64,000 bases of DNA from an uncultured Verrucomicrobiae bacterium (lineage in GTDB: Bacteria > Verrucomicrobiota > Verrucomicrobiia > Chthoniobacterales > Chthoniobacteraceae): positions 992,001 through 1,056,000 of the forward strand of contig CAVYKI010000003.1 in NCBI GenBank assembly GCA_963769025.1. The letters run 5' to 3'. The notes beneath the pieces are model-generated. The model saw only the letters and a program-made list of their open reading frames with translations. It was not told where the DNA came from and ran no database searches. The position numbers and the translations under genes were made by a program. Shown piece by piece: positions 54,995 through 64,000 of this stretch; within the stretch, counting starts at the first letter, position 1, and each line of letters starts with the position of its first letter.

Positions 54995-56890
54995 ATGAAC
55001 GCGCTCCACGCCACCCTTATCCTCGCGGCCATCGCCGTGGTGCAACTGCTCTTCGGCGGCGGCGACGGTACGCGGCTCATCTACACGCTGCCGGGATATC
55101 TCCTGCTCGGGCTCTCGGGATTGCTCACCGTGTTTTCGTTTTGGAAAGCGCCGGCACGGATGAATCGCGCATGCCTTGCGACCTCCGTTCTTCTTGCCCT
55201 CTACCTGTTTGGGCGGATCGCGCTTTCCCCGTCGCCCTGGCTTGCGAATTTCGACCTGTTCGCTGCGATGGCGGCACTGCTCGTTTATTTTGTCACCGCG
55301 CTCTTCGTCGTTCGGAACGGAGCCCGTCGCGTAATCGTGTACGGGCTGCTGTTCCTGGCGCTCGCGCAGGTGGCCGTCGGGATTTTCCAGTTCGCCCGGG
55401 ACGCCGGTTTCAATCCCATGGTCAGCGATGGCCGTGCGGACGCTAGTTTCCGGGCATCGGGCTTCTTCATTTCGCCCAATCACCTCGCCGGCTTTCTGGA
55501 GGTCACATTCCTGCTCGCGACGAGCTTCTGCTTCTGGGGCGGATTCAGGGCGCGCGGCAAAATATTGACGGGATACCTCGCGCTCGTCTGCCTCGGCGGG
55601 CTCGTCCTCACAGGCAGCCGGGGCGGCTATCTGAGCGCAGCCGTGGGGTTCGTGGTATTTGCCGGCCTCAGCGTGTGGACGATTCGCGCGCGGCTTTCGC
55701 AGGGGCTTCTGCCACGCCTGATCGGAATCATCGCCGCGATCGTGCTGATCGGCGGCAGCCTCGCCTGGGTCGCGGAACGCAGTTTCGCCATCCGTGCGCG
55801 GGCAAACACCGTGTTTGTCTCGTCGGACATCCGGTTCCAGCTCTGGGAAGCCGCGTGGAAGCAGTTCCAACTCGCGCCTGTATTTGGAACCGGCAGCCGC
55901 ACGTACATCTACTACGGCCGCATGTTCCGCACGCCTCAGGTGCGGGACGATCCCGTGTTCGCCCACAGCGACTGGCTGCAGACGCTCGCGGAGTACGGCA
56001 TCGCAGGCATCCTCCTCGTCATCGGCTTCGCGGCGGCGCATCTGCGGCACGGGGCGCAGCGTTGGTTGAAAATGGCCGATCGCCTTTGTCCCGTCTCCAG
56101 CAGTCCCGCCGACCGGCACGCGCTGGCGCTGCAAATCGGAACCCTGAGCGCCATCGCCGCGTCCCTTGTCCACGCGTTCGTGGATTTCAATCTCCACATC
56201 CCCGCCAACATGCTCGTCACGGCGTTTCTCTTCGGCATCCTCGCCACGCGCCGGACGCCCACCGAAGAGCGGACCGGCTGGACGGCCCGCGCGATGCACG
56301 CGATCCCCGCGGGCCTCGGCCTATGGATGCTCATCGCAGGCGGCTCCCGGTTCCCGGCGGAGCTGTTCGTGGAAAATGCCCGTGGAAAATTCGCGACCGG
56401 GCAGGTCGGACCAGCCCTGAAGGATGCCGGCAAAGCCCTCCGCTGGGGTGCGCAAAATCCGGAGCTGTATTTTCAAATCGGCGAGGTGCAGCGCATTCTC
56501 AACCACACGCTTGCATCCCAGGAAATGAAGGAGGCCACATTGGAGGAAGCGCACGACGCCTACGCCAAGGCCCTCGCGATTTATCCGCAGGATGTGAAAC
56601 TCGTGCTGCGGAATGCGTGGGCGCTGGGCCGCATGGGGCGCTTCGAGGAAGCGGAGCCCCTGCTCGCCCGGGCGAAGGAACTGGACCCGAATTCACCGGT
56701 GGTCTGGACGTACTCCGCCCTCCACTGGAAATTCCGCAACAAGCCCGCAGAGGCGCTCGCGGATTACCGCAAGGCAGAGCGGCTGGACTGGAGCGTCATC
56801 GCCCCCATCGCGTCCGAGCTCCACGAAAAGATCGATCCGGCGGAGCTGGAAAAGCTCATCAAGAGCAGCCCGCCCGCCGAACCAAACTGA
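54995..56890 (+). CDS. O-antigen ligase (Wzy_C) family protein with C-terminal TPRs
   Basis: PNHLAGFL, LTGSRGG, PVFGTG, AHSDWLQTLAEYG and DFNLHIPAN motifs, then TPRs. Confidence 0.9.
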   Translation: MNALHATLILAAIAVVQLLFGGGDGTRLIYTLPGYLLLGLSGLLTVFSFWKAPARMNRACLATSVLLALYLFGRIALSPSPWLANFDLFAAMAALLVYFVTALFVVRNGARRVIVYGLLFLALAQVAVGIFQFARDAGFNPMVSDGRADASFRASGFFISPNHLAGFLEVTFLLATSFCFWGGFRARGKILTGYLALVCLGGLVLTGSRGGYLSAAVGFVVFAGLSVWTIRARLSQGLLPRLIGIIAAIVLIGGSLAWVAERSFAIRARANTVFVSSDIRFQLWEAAWKQFQLAPVFGTGSRTYIYYGRMFRTPQVRDDPVFAHSDWLQTLAEYGIAGILLVIGFAAAHLRHGAQRWLKMADRLCPVSSSPADRHALALQIGTLSAIAASLVHAFVDFNLHIPANMLVTAFLFGILATRRTPTEERTGWTARAMHAIPAGLGLWMLIAGGSRFPAELFVENARGKFATGQVGPALKDAGKALRWGAQNPELYFQIGEVQRILNHTLASQEMKEATLEEAHDAYAKALAIYPQDVKLVLRNAWALGRMGRFEEAEPLLARAKELDPNSPVVWTYSALHWKFRNKPAEALADYRKAERLDWSVIAPIASELHEKIDPAELEKLIKSSPPAEPN

Positions 56891-56969
56891 CGCGCGGCCG
56901 GCGCCGCGTGTGAACATGGCTCGACGGCTCACGCGCGGCGCGCCATGAGTTCCCGCACCGCCCGTTTTC

Positions 56970-58817
56970 ATGGCCCGCAGCATCCTCGGAATCTCCGCCT
57001 ACTACCACGACAGCGCGGCTGCGCTCATCGTGGATGGCGAGGTCATCGCCGCAGCGCAGGAGGAGCGCTTCACGCGCATCAAGCACGACGCGGCGTTTCC
57101 TTCACGGGCCGTCGAATACTGCCTGCGCGAGGCCGGCATCGCGCCTGGGGCGGTGGACTACGTCGCATTTTACGAAAAGCCGCTGCTGAAATTCGACCGG
57201 CTGCTCGACACATTTGTCGCGCGCGCGCCCGCGGGGCTGCAATCGTTCATGATGGCGATGCCCGCGTGGCTGAAACAGAAGCTCCACCTTCCTCGCGAAA
57301 TCAAACGCTCGCTCCACGGCGCTTACCGGAAGCGCATCGTCTTCCCGTCCCACCACGAGAGCCACGCGGCGAGCGCGTTTTTTCCGTCGCCATTCGACGA
57401 GGCCGCGATCCTCACGCTCGACGGCGTCGGCGAATGGGACACGGCGACCATCGGCATCGGACGCGGCGGAAAAATCGAGATGCTGAAGGCGCTCCACTTT
57501 CCGCATTCGCTCGGCCTTCTCTATTCCGCGTTCACCTATTTCTGCGGGTTCCGCGTGAACTCCGGCGAGTACAAGCTCATGGGCCTCGCGCCATACGGGG
57601 AGCCGAAATACGCAGACCTCATCCGCACCGAGCTGCTCGATCTGAAGCCCGACGGATCGTTCCGGCTGAAGATGCGGCATTTCAATTTCGCAGGCGGGCT
57701 GACGATGACGGGCCGCTCGTTCGCCACGCTGTTCGGCGGTCCGCCCCGCGCATTCGAGAGCGCGATCACGCAGCGGGAAATGGACATCGCCGCGAGCATC
57801 CAGAGCGTCACAAACGACATCGTCCTGCGGATGGCGCGCTGCGCAAAGGCGCTGACCGGCGCGAGGAACCTCTGCCTCGCCGGGGGCGTGGCGCTCAACT
57901 GTGTCGCGAATGGCGAACTGCTGCGCGCCGGGATCTTCGGCGACATCTGGATCCCATCCGCCGCAGGCGACGCGGGCGGCGCGCTCGGTGCGGCGCTCTT
58001 CGTCTCGCATCAATTGCTCGGCACGCCGCGCACGACGACCCCCGGCGATTCGCTGAAAGGCGCGCTCCTCGGGCCGGCGTTCAGCGACGCGGAGGTGCGC
58101 GCTTTTCTCGATGCGAAGGGCGCGAGCTACCGCCACCTGCCGACCGAACCGGAACTGCTCACCTCAGTCGCGGCGGCGTTGGAGGAGGGAAAGGTCGTCG
58201 GCTGGTTTCACGGGCGGATGGAATTCGGCCCGCGCGCGCTCGGGGCGCGCAGCATCCTCGGCGACCCGCGGAACGCCGCGATGCAGACGCGGATGAACGT
58301 GAAGATCAAATTCCGCGAGAGCTTCCGCCCCTTTGCGCCGAGCTGCCTGGCCGAGGATGCCGCCGCGTGGTTCGACCTCGATCGCGAATCGCCGTACATG
58401 CTGCTCGTCGCGCCCGTGCGCGAGGAACACCGCCTGCCGCTGGACAACGCGCAGCGTGCCCTCATGCGCGACCCGGACCTCCGCAAGCGCGTGAATGTCC
58501 CGCGCAGCACGTTGCCGGCGATCACGCACGTGGACTGCTCGGCTCGCGTGCAGACGGTGAGCGAGGCCCGCAACGGCCGCTATTACCGGCTGATTCGCGA
58601 ATTCAAGCGGCGCACCGGCTGCGGTGTCCTCGTGAACACGAGCTTCAACGTCCGCGGCGAGCCGATCGTCTGCACGCCGGAGGACGCTTGGCGCTGTTTC
58701 ATGGCGTGCGACATGGACGTGCTCGTGCTGGAGAACTGCGTTCTGAAAAAGGAGGACCAGCCGCAGGCAGCCGCGGGCGAGCGGGAGCGGCACCTGAAGG
58801 AATTTGCACCCGACTGA
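56970..58817 (+). CDS. O-carbamoyltransferase (NodU/CmcH family)
   Basis: GISAYYHDSAA, HHESHAASAF, DGVGE, GEYKLMGLAPYG, EFGPRALGARS and NTSFNVRGEP motifs. Confidence 0.95.
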   Translation: MARSILGISAYYHDSAAALIVDGEVIAAAQEERFTRIKHDAAFPSRAVEYCLREAGIAPGAVDYVAFYEKPLLKFDRLLDTFVARAPAGLQSFMMAMPAWLKQKLHLPREIKRSLHGAYRKRIVFPSHHESHAASAFFPSPFDEAAILTLDGVGEWDTATIGIGRGGKIEMLKALHFPHSLGLLYSAFTYFCGFRVNSGEYKLMGLAPYGEPKYADLIRTELLDLKPDGSFRLKMRHFNFAGGLTMTGRSFATLFGGPPRAFESAITQREMDIAASIQSVTNDIVLRMARCAKALTGARNLCLAGGVALNCVANGELLRAGIFGDIWIPSAAGDAGGALGAALFVSHQLLGTPRTTTPGDSLKGALLGPAFSDAEVRAFLDAKGASYRHLPTEPELLTSVAAALEEGKVVGWFHGRMEFGPRALGARSILGDPRNAAMQTRMNVKIKFRESFRPFAPSCLAEDAAAWFDLDRESPYMLLVAPVREEHRLPLDNAQRALMRDPDLRKRVNVPRSTLPAITHVDCSARVQTVSEARNGRYYRLIREFKRRTGCGVLVNTSFNVRGEPIVCTPEDAWRCFMACDMDVLVLENCVLKKEDQPQAAAGERERHLKEFAPD

Positions 58818-58844
58818 TTCCTGCGCGACCAGTAGGTCTTCCCA

Positions 58845-59282
58845 ATGCTCAACCCGTTCCATGAAGTCGACTGGAACCCTGGCACCGCCGGGAGGAGGGC
58901 ATTTGCAAAAAGCCTTGTCATCGGGCTCCCGCTGGTCGCGCTCGTGCTCGGCACGCTCGGCTGGTTCCGCGCACACTCGTGGCCGGTGTGGACGTGGTGG
59001 CTCGCGGGGATCGGCCTAGCGGTCGGGGCCGTGCTGTGGCTCTTGCCGCAAATCGCGCGGCCATTTTACGTCGTGTGGAACGGGCTCGGGTGCTCCATCG
59101 GCTTTGTCGTGAGCAATGCCGCGGTCACCGCAGTCTATCTCCTCGTCATCACACCGATCGGCCTCGTCCTGCGGCTTTGCGGCCGCGATCCGCTGCGGCG
59201 CCGATTTGAGCGGGAGCGCGCGAGCTATTGGGAGGATGCAAAAAAGCCTGGCGACTCCGGGCGCTATTTCCGCCAGCATTGA
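58845..59282 (+). CDS. SxtJ-family membrane protein
   Basis: Three TM segments, ITPIG..GRDPL..SYW; follows the carbamoyltransferase. Confidence 0.8.
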   Translation: MLNPFHEVDWNPGTAGRRAFAKSLVIGLPLVALVLGTLGWFRAHSWPVWTWWLAGIGLAVGAVLWLLPQIARPFYVVWNGLGCSIGFVVSNAAVTAVYLLVITPIGLVLRLCGRDPLRRRFERERASYWEDAKKPGDSGRYFRQH

Positions 59283-59285
59283 TCC

Positions 59286-59486
59286 ATGAAGGACGATCCC
59301 GGCGATTTTGAAAAAGCTGCACACTCACGGCCGCCAGGGCTATGGCGCGAGCTGATCGATCTGCTGCGGGAGAACAAGAAGTGGTGGCTGGTGCCGATCC
59401 TCCTCGCGCTGGTGGTGCTCGGGGCGCTCATCGCGATCGCGGTGGTCTCGCCGGGAGCCGCGCCTTTCATCTACACCCTCTTTTAG
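59286..59486 (+). CDS. SxtK/DUF5989-like small membrane protein
   Basis: KKWWLVPI..APFIYTLF signature. Confidence 0.85.
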   Translation: MKDDPGDFEKAAHSRPPGLWRELIDLLRENKKWWLVPILLALVVLGALIAIAVVSPGAAPFIYTLF

Positions 59487-59615
59487 GCGGCAAAATCCCG
59501 GCGCTCCCGAGAAAGAAACTTTGACTAACCGGGGCGGACTTTCGTCAATGGCAGGGTTCACCGTCGGGATGCCCGCCGGGAAGATTCAACATAACAACCA
59601 AATCAGAAAACCCAG

Positions 59616-60035
59616 ATGAAACTCAAAAACCTGTTCACCCTGCTCGCCGCATGCGCCATCGCGTTTCCGGCATTCGCCGAGGAAGACACGCCGCTTACCA
59701 AGGAGATGGAGAAAATCAGCAAGGCGCTGAAGGCCATCAACCGCAACATCGCCGACGCCGGCCAGAAGGACGCGAACCTTGCGAAGCTCGCCGAGGCGAA
59801 GACCGCCTGCGCCGCATCGCTGAAACTCGAGCCTGCCAAGACCAAGGAAGTGCCGGCGGGCGAGAAGGAGAAATTCCTGAGCGGCTACAAGGCCGCGATG
59901 GAGGAAGTCGGCAAGAATCTCGACGCGCTGAAGGCCGCGATCGAAGGCGACAAGACCGAGGATGCGAAGGCGCTCATCGAAAAGCTCAACAACGACAAGA
60001 AGGAAGGCCACAAGAAGTACAAGTCCGAAGACTAG
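59616..60035 (+). CDS. Periplasmic cytochrome b562-like four-helix bundle
   Basis: Signal peptide AFA-E; N-terminal EME (Met ligand position) and C-terminal KKEGHKKYK (His ligand position). Confidence 0.7.
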   Translation: MKLKNLFTLLAACAIAFPAFAEEDTPLTKEMEKISKALKAINRNIADAGQKDANLAKLAEAKTACAASLKLEPAKTKEVPAGEKEKFLSGYKAAMEEVGKNLDALKAAIEGDKTEDAKALIEKLNNDKKEGHKKYKSED

Positions 60036-60132
60036 GATCTTCCGAAGCAACCGGTTTGATTTTCGGGGGGCGGCGCGCTTGACCGTGCCGCCCCTCTTGC
60101 TTGTACACCCAAATTGCCGCAGACTTTATGGC

Positions 60133-60402
60133 ATGACCCGCAACGAATTGCTGGACCTCTACTTCATGGACGCCAGGGCGAAGCTGATCGACATCGCCGC
60201 ATTCCTGGACCGCGTGGACCGCGGCGACGAGGATGCGGATTTCCGGCTGGCCGCGTTTCGCAAGGCGCTGGGTGAACTTGCCAACGACAAGCCGGAGCGG
60301 GCGCGTGGCGTCCTCGTTTCGCTGAGCGATCCGACGCAGGAGCCGATTGAAAAAGCGCCGGGCAAGGGCGCGGTCGGTGCGTGGGCGGGCAAATCGAACT
60401 GA
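60133..60402 (+). CDS. Hypothetical protein
   Basis: 89 aa, FMDARAKLIDIAAFLDR..SLSDP; 7 nt upstream of the next gene. Confidence 0.75.
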   Translation: MTRNELLDLYFMDARAKLIDIAAFLDRVDRGDEDADFRLAAFRKALGELANDKPERARGVLVSLSDPTQEPIEKAPGKGAVGAWAGKSN

Positions 60403-60409
60403 TAACGCC

Positions 60410-61210
60410 ATGCGCTACATCGAACCTCACGGCCACATGGTCTCGCGGACGACGGATGACTATCAGGCGATGGTCCTCTCGGGCTGCAAGGCGGTTTGCG
60501 AACCGGCGTTCTGGGCGGGCTTTGACCGCAGCGGCGTCCAGGGATTTTACGACTACTTTTGCCAGCTCACGGATTTCGAGCCGAAGCGCGCGGCGAAGTT
60601 CGGCCTGCCGCACTACTCGTGGCTGTGCATCAACCCGAAGGAATCCGAGGACATGAAGCTCGCCGAGGAGGTGATCTCGATCATCCCGGAATTTCTCAGC
60701 CGGCCCAATGTGCTCGGCATCGGCGAAATCGGCCTGAACAAGAACACGCGCAACGAGCTGAAAATCCTGGAGCAGCACATCGACCTCGCGGCGAAGTACG
60801 GGCAGCTCATCCTCGTCCACACGCCGCACCTGGAGGACAAGCTGAAGGGCACGCGGCTGATTCTCGATGTGTTGAAAAACAACAGCCGCATCCTTCCGAA
60901 GCATGTCATCATCGACCACGTCGAGGAACACACGGTGAAGATGGTGCTCGATACCGGGATGTGGGCGGGCATGACGCTTTATCCCGAGTCAAAGTGCACG
61001 CCGGCGCGGGCGATCGACATTCTGGACAACTACGGCGCGGAGCGCATCTGGATGAACTCGGCGTGCGACTGGGGCGTGAGCATCCCGCTGGCGGTCCCGC
61101 GGACGGCGCTGGAGATGCGGAAGCGCGGCTGGGCCGAGGAGCGCACGGATGCCGTGGTGTACGGAAACCCGCTGCGCTTCATGTCGCAAAACCCCCGCTT
61201 CCGCATTTGA
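60410..61210 (+). CDS. TatD-family metallohydrolase (EboB-like subgroup)
   Basis: PHGHMVSRTTDDY, EPAFW, IGEIG, VHTPH, IDH and NSACDW motifs. Confidence 0.85.
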   Translation: MRYIEPHGHMVSRTTDDYQAMVLSGCKAVCEPAFWAGFDRSGVQGFYDYFCQLTDFEPKRAAKFGLPHYSWLCINPKESEDMKLAEEVISIIPEFLSRPNVLGIGEIGLNKNTRNELKILEQHIDLAAKYGQLILVHTPHLEDKLKGTRLILDVLKNNSRILPKHVIIDHVEEHTVKMVLDTGMWAGMTLYPESKCTPARAIDILDNYGAERIWMNSACDWGVSIPLAVPRTALEMRKRGWAEERTDAVVYGNPLRFMSQNPRFRI

Positions 61211-61263
61211 CGAACGGCAGATTGCCCCTTGGCAGTCAGAGGCTCCGCGCTACCCTTCCGGCT

Positions 61264-63324
61264 GTGATTCGCCGACCCTTGCACCTTGCCCTTTGCGCGC
61301 TCATGGCCGCGGAGGCTTCGCACGCCCAGGAAGTACCCCCACGCCCAGTGGTGCGCGCTTACCCAAAAGCGGCGACCGTCCCGCCCGCCGCGCTCATCGG
61401 CGGCGGGGATGCTCCAAAGCCGGTAGCCGCGCCCGCGATCGCCGAGACACCGGTCGCACCGCCGCCGGTCGCACCGCCGGCTCCGGACCTCGGGCTTCAG
61501 CCGACTTGGGAGACGCAAAAACTGGCGCGCAATCTCATCTTTTCGATCCCGGCCCCGCGCGGCCAGATTACGGACCGCAACGGAGTCCCGCTCGCGCAGA
61601 CGCGCGTGGCGTACAATCTCGCGATCCAGTTTCCCACGCCTCCGCAATTCACCGACGCGGAGGCCGCGCGCTTCATCGCCGAGCAGGTGCGTCGCGCAGG
61701 GGAGCTCACCGGGCGTGCCATCACCGTCGATCCCGCGCGCTCGCTCAAACATTACAAGGACCGCGGCGTGATGCCGCTCGTGATCGCTCAGGACCTGAAG
61801 CCGACGGAGCTCGACCGCCTGAAGCGCGCCGATGCGCCGGGGCTGACGGCCTTGCCGACGTATCTGCGGACGTATCCGCACGGGACGCTGGCCGCGCACA
61901 TTCTCGGCTTCGTGGGCCGGTTCGGCGGTTTCCCGAGCGGTGAGATCGAAAACAACGAACTGCTCTGGCCCGACTTCGAAGGCCGCGACGGGATCGAGAA
62001 ATCCTTCAACACGCAACTGACGGGCAAGCTCGGAACGATGCACGTCTCGTACGACGCGAAAGGACAGAAGGCGGCGGAGAAGATCGTCGTCCCGCCGCGC
62101 CCAGGCCAGAACGTCGTGCTGGCGCTCGATCTGAAAATCCAGCAAGTCGTCGAACGCGTCCTGAGCACATCCCCGGGGAAACGACCCTGCGCGATGGTGG
62201 TGATGGACCCGAAGACGGGCGAGATCCTCGCCATGGCCTCGGCACCCACGTTTGATCCGAACATCTACGTCCCGAACGTCTCCACGGAGGTGATGGATAA
62301 GCTGACGAAGGATCCGTTCAATCCGCTCTTCCCCCGCGCATTCCGCGCCGCGTATCCGCCCGGCTCGATTTTCAAAGTCGTGACCGGTCTCGCCGCGCTG
62401 AACGACGGACACGTGGATCCGGAGGACGCGTTCGGCGGGGAAGCCTCGATCAAGATCGGCGGGAACACGTTCCGCAACTGGAAGAAAACCGACGTCGGCC
62501 CGCTGAATTTCGTCGAGGCGTTCATCCAGTCTTGCAACACGTACTTTTACAAGATGGGCCTGAAGTCCGGGCACGTACCCATCCTGGATTATTCGAGCCG
62601 CCTCGGCCTCGGCGCAAAGACGGGCATCCCGCTCTCCGCCGAGGAGCCGGGAAACCTGATGACCACCGAATACATGCTCAAGCAGCACAAGCGGCGCATC
62701 ATGCCGGGCGACATCGCGAACATGAGCATCGGCCAGGGCGACACCCTTGTGACTCCCATCCAGATGGCATCGATGATGTCCGCCATCGGAAATGGCGGGA
62801 CCGTTTTCCAACCACGCCTCGTCCTGCAGGTGCAGGATCTCGATGGGAAAGTCACCTTCGGCTACGACACGCGCGTCCGGAATCAGATCGATATCCACCG
62901 CGACACGATGAAGGCGCTGCGCGTGGGACTCGATGGCGTCGTGAGCAACCGCGGCGGCACCGCCGGACGCGCGGGAGTCCCCGGCTTCAAAGTCGCCGGC
63001 AAGACCGGCACCGCACAATGGGGCGCTGGAAAAAGCGAAAAGGTCGCGGCGTGGTTCGTCGGATTCGCGCCGCTCGAACGCCCGCAGTATGCTTTCGCCG
63101 TGCTCTACGAGGGGAAACCGCGCGACCACGACGTCCACGGCGGCACCTATGCAGCGCCGATCGCCGGCCGCGTGCTGAAGGAAATCCTGAAGCCCGAGCC
63201 GAAGGAGGAAAAAAAGAGCAGCGCCAAGAAGAAGCGCGTGGTCGAGGAAGCCGACGAGGAAATGGACGCCGCCGCTCCGCGCAAACGCAAACGCAGCGTG
63301 GACCCCGACAACGGGAATCAGTGA
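61264..63324 (+). CDS. mrdA: Penicillin-binding protein 2 (class B)
   Basis: APRGQITDRNG, RTYP, GRDGIE; active-site motifs SIFK, SCN and KTGT. Start uncertain (GTG 61264 or ATG 61303). Confidence 0.9.
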   Translation: MIRRPLHLALCALMAAEASHAQEVPPRPVVRAYPKAATVPPAALIGGGDAPKPVAAPAIAETPVAPPPVAPPAPDLGLQPTWETQKLARNLIFSIPAPRGQITDRNGVPLAQTRVAYNLAIQFPTPPQFTDAEAARFIAEQVRRAGELTGRAITVDPARSLKHYKDRGVMPLVIAQDLKPTELDRLKRADAPGLTALPTYLRTYPHGTLAAHILGFVGRFGGFPSGEIENNELLWPDFEGRDGIEKSFNTQLTGKLGTMHVSYDAKGQKAAEKIVVPPRPGQNVVLALDLKIQQVVERVLSTSPGKRPCAMVVMDPKTGEILAMASAPTFDPNIYVPNVSTEVMDKLTKDPFNPLFPRAFRAAYPPGSIFKVVTGLAALNDGHVDPEDAFGGEASIKIGGNTFRNWKKTDVGPLNFVEAFIQSCNTYFYKMGLKSGHVPILDYSSRLGLGAKTGIPLSAEEPGNLMTTEYMLKQHKRRIMPGDIANMSIGQGDTLVTPIQMASMMSAIGNGGTVFQPRLVLQVQDLDGKVTFGYDTRVRNQIDIHRDTMKALRVGLDGVVSNRGGTAGRAGVPGFKVAGKTGTAQWGAGKSEKVAAWFVGFAPLERPQYAFAVLYEGKPRDHDVHGGTYAAPIAGRVLKEILKPEPKEEKKSSAKKKRVVEEADEEMDAAAPRKRKRSVDPDNGNQ

Positions 63325-63391
63325 TCGCGGATCGCGAGTCCGCCTCGCGGGCGCTTGTGCGCAGGATTCATTCTGGCAGAAGTTGCGGACG

Positions 63392-64000
63392 ATGACGCGC
63401 AAAGTGACCATTCACCGTCTCGCGGAAGGCATCACGCCGGGACCGTGCGAGGATGAAGTGGTGATTGAGGAGCCGCTCGAAATCCGGATCGAGGGAGCGC
63501 CGGTCGCCATCGCCATGCGCACGCCGGGCCAGGACGAGGAACTCGCAGCGGGCTGGTTGCTGAGCGAAGGGCTCGCGGGTTCGCCGGCCGACATCGCGGC
63601 GATCGTCCCGAAACCCGGTGGCGATGGCCAGCGCGCGGCGATGGTGGACGTGATGTTGCGCGACCCTGCGGGCTTCGACGCCGCGCGGCACCGGCGCAGC
63701 CTCGTCACGAATGCAAGCTGCGGGCTTTGCGGGGCGGCGACCGTGGATCAGGTGCTTCGGGATTTTCCGAAAGTGACATCACCTTTTGAAATCGCATCCG
63801 GATTGATCCTCAAAATGCCCGCGCTCCTCTCCGCGGAGCAGAGCGCCTTCCGACGCACAGGCGGCGTCCACGCCTGCGGGCTTTTCGACGCCGCAGGCCG
63901 CATGCTCGCGCTGCGCGAAGACGTGGGCCGGCACAACGCCCTCGACAAACTGCTCGGCCGCGCGCTGCTCGACGGGTTGCTCCCGCTTTCACGACACGTC
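63392..64000 (+). CDS. fdhD: Formate dehydrogenase accessory sulfurtransferase (partial, runs off edge)
   Basis: Manual translation: EEPLEIR, MRTPGQDEELAAG, SCGLCG, TGGVHA, REDVGRHNALDK. Confidence 0.93.
   Translation, partial: MTRKVTIHRLAEGITPGPCEDEVVIEEPLEIRIEGAPVAIAMRTPGQDEELAAGWLLSEGLAGSPADIAAIVPKPGGDGQRAAMVDVMLRDPAGFDAARHRRSLVTNASCGLCGAATVDQVLRDFPKVTSPFEIASGLILKMPALLSAEQSAFRRTGGVHACGLFDAAGRMLALREDVGRHNALDKLLGRALLDGLLPLSRHV

Noticed and set aside
56970..59486. Saxitoxin biosynthesis
   Set aside because: Only sxtIJK-like genes are present; no sxtA, sxtG or other core genes in the window.
59521..59548. TTGAC-N18-GTCAA as an FNR/CRP-type site before the cytochrome b562-like gene
   Set aside because: The spacing does not fit the FNR/CRP geometry; it may simply be a -35 element plus a chance match.
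60559..61263. N-terminal extension of the 921-aa PBP2 ORF
   Set aside because: It overlaps the TatD-family gene in another frame; an open-frame artefact.

Overview
High-GC bacterial chromosomal segment of about 55 genes. Gene content and protein style suggest Verrucomicrobiota, probably Chthoniobacterales-like (inference). It is mostly housekeeping and metabolic: metG, ppk2, acs, galM, lpxK, thrB, uxaC, lpdA, ferritin, dodecin, cysteine desulfurase, a Mn/Fe ABC operon with two DtxR-family regulators, recA, mrdA and fdhD. I found no rRNA, tRNA, CRISPR array, integrase or transposase. Several genes are broken by single-base indels that look like long-read assembly errors. The most notable signals are: (1) miniature palindromic repeats that have entered coding sequence in frame, including an 81-nt hairpin insert with an apparent GATTTC duplication inside methionyl-tRNA synthetase and a heptamer hairpin straddling a gene junction in the metal ABC operon; (2) an orphan DpdE/RapA-like SNF2 ATPase with a histone-H1-like tail, coupled to an unknown gene; (3) a MASE1-LOV-PAS hybrid kinase; (4) a permease-DtxR fusion operon with an outer-membrane barrel; (5) an O-antigen-ligase/carbamoyltransferase/SxtJ/SxtK-like cluster; (6) a D-lactate dehydrogenase gene remnant. 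All family assignments come from motif recognition by eye, not from database searches.
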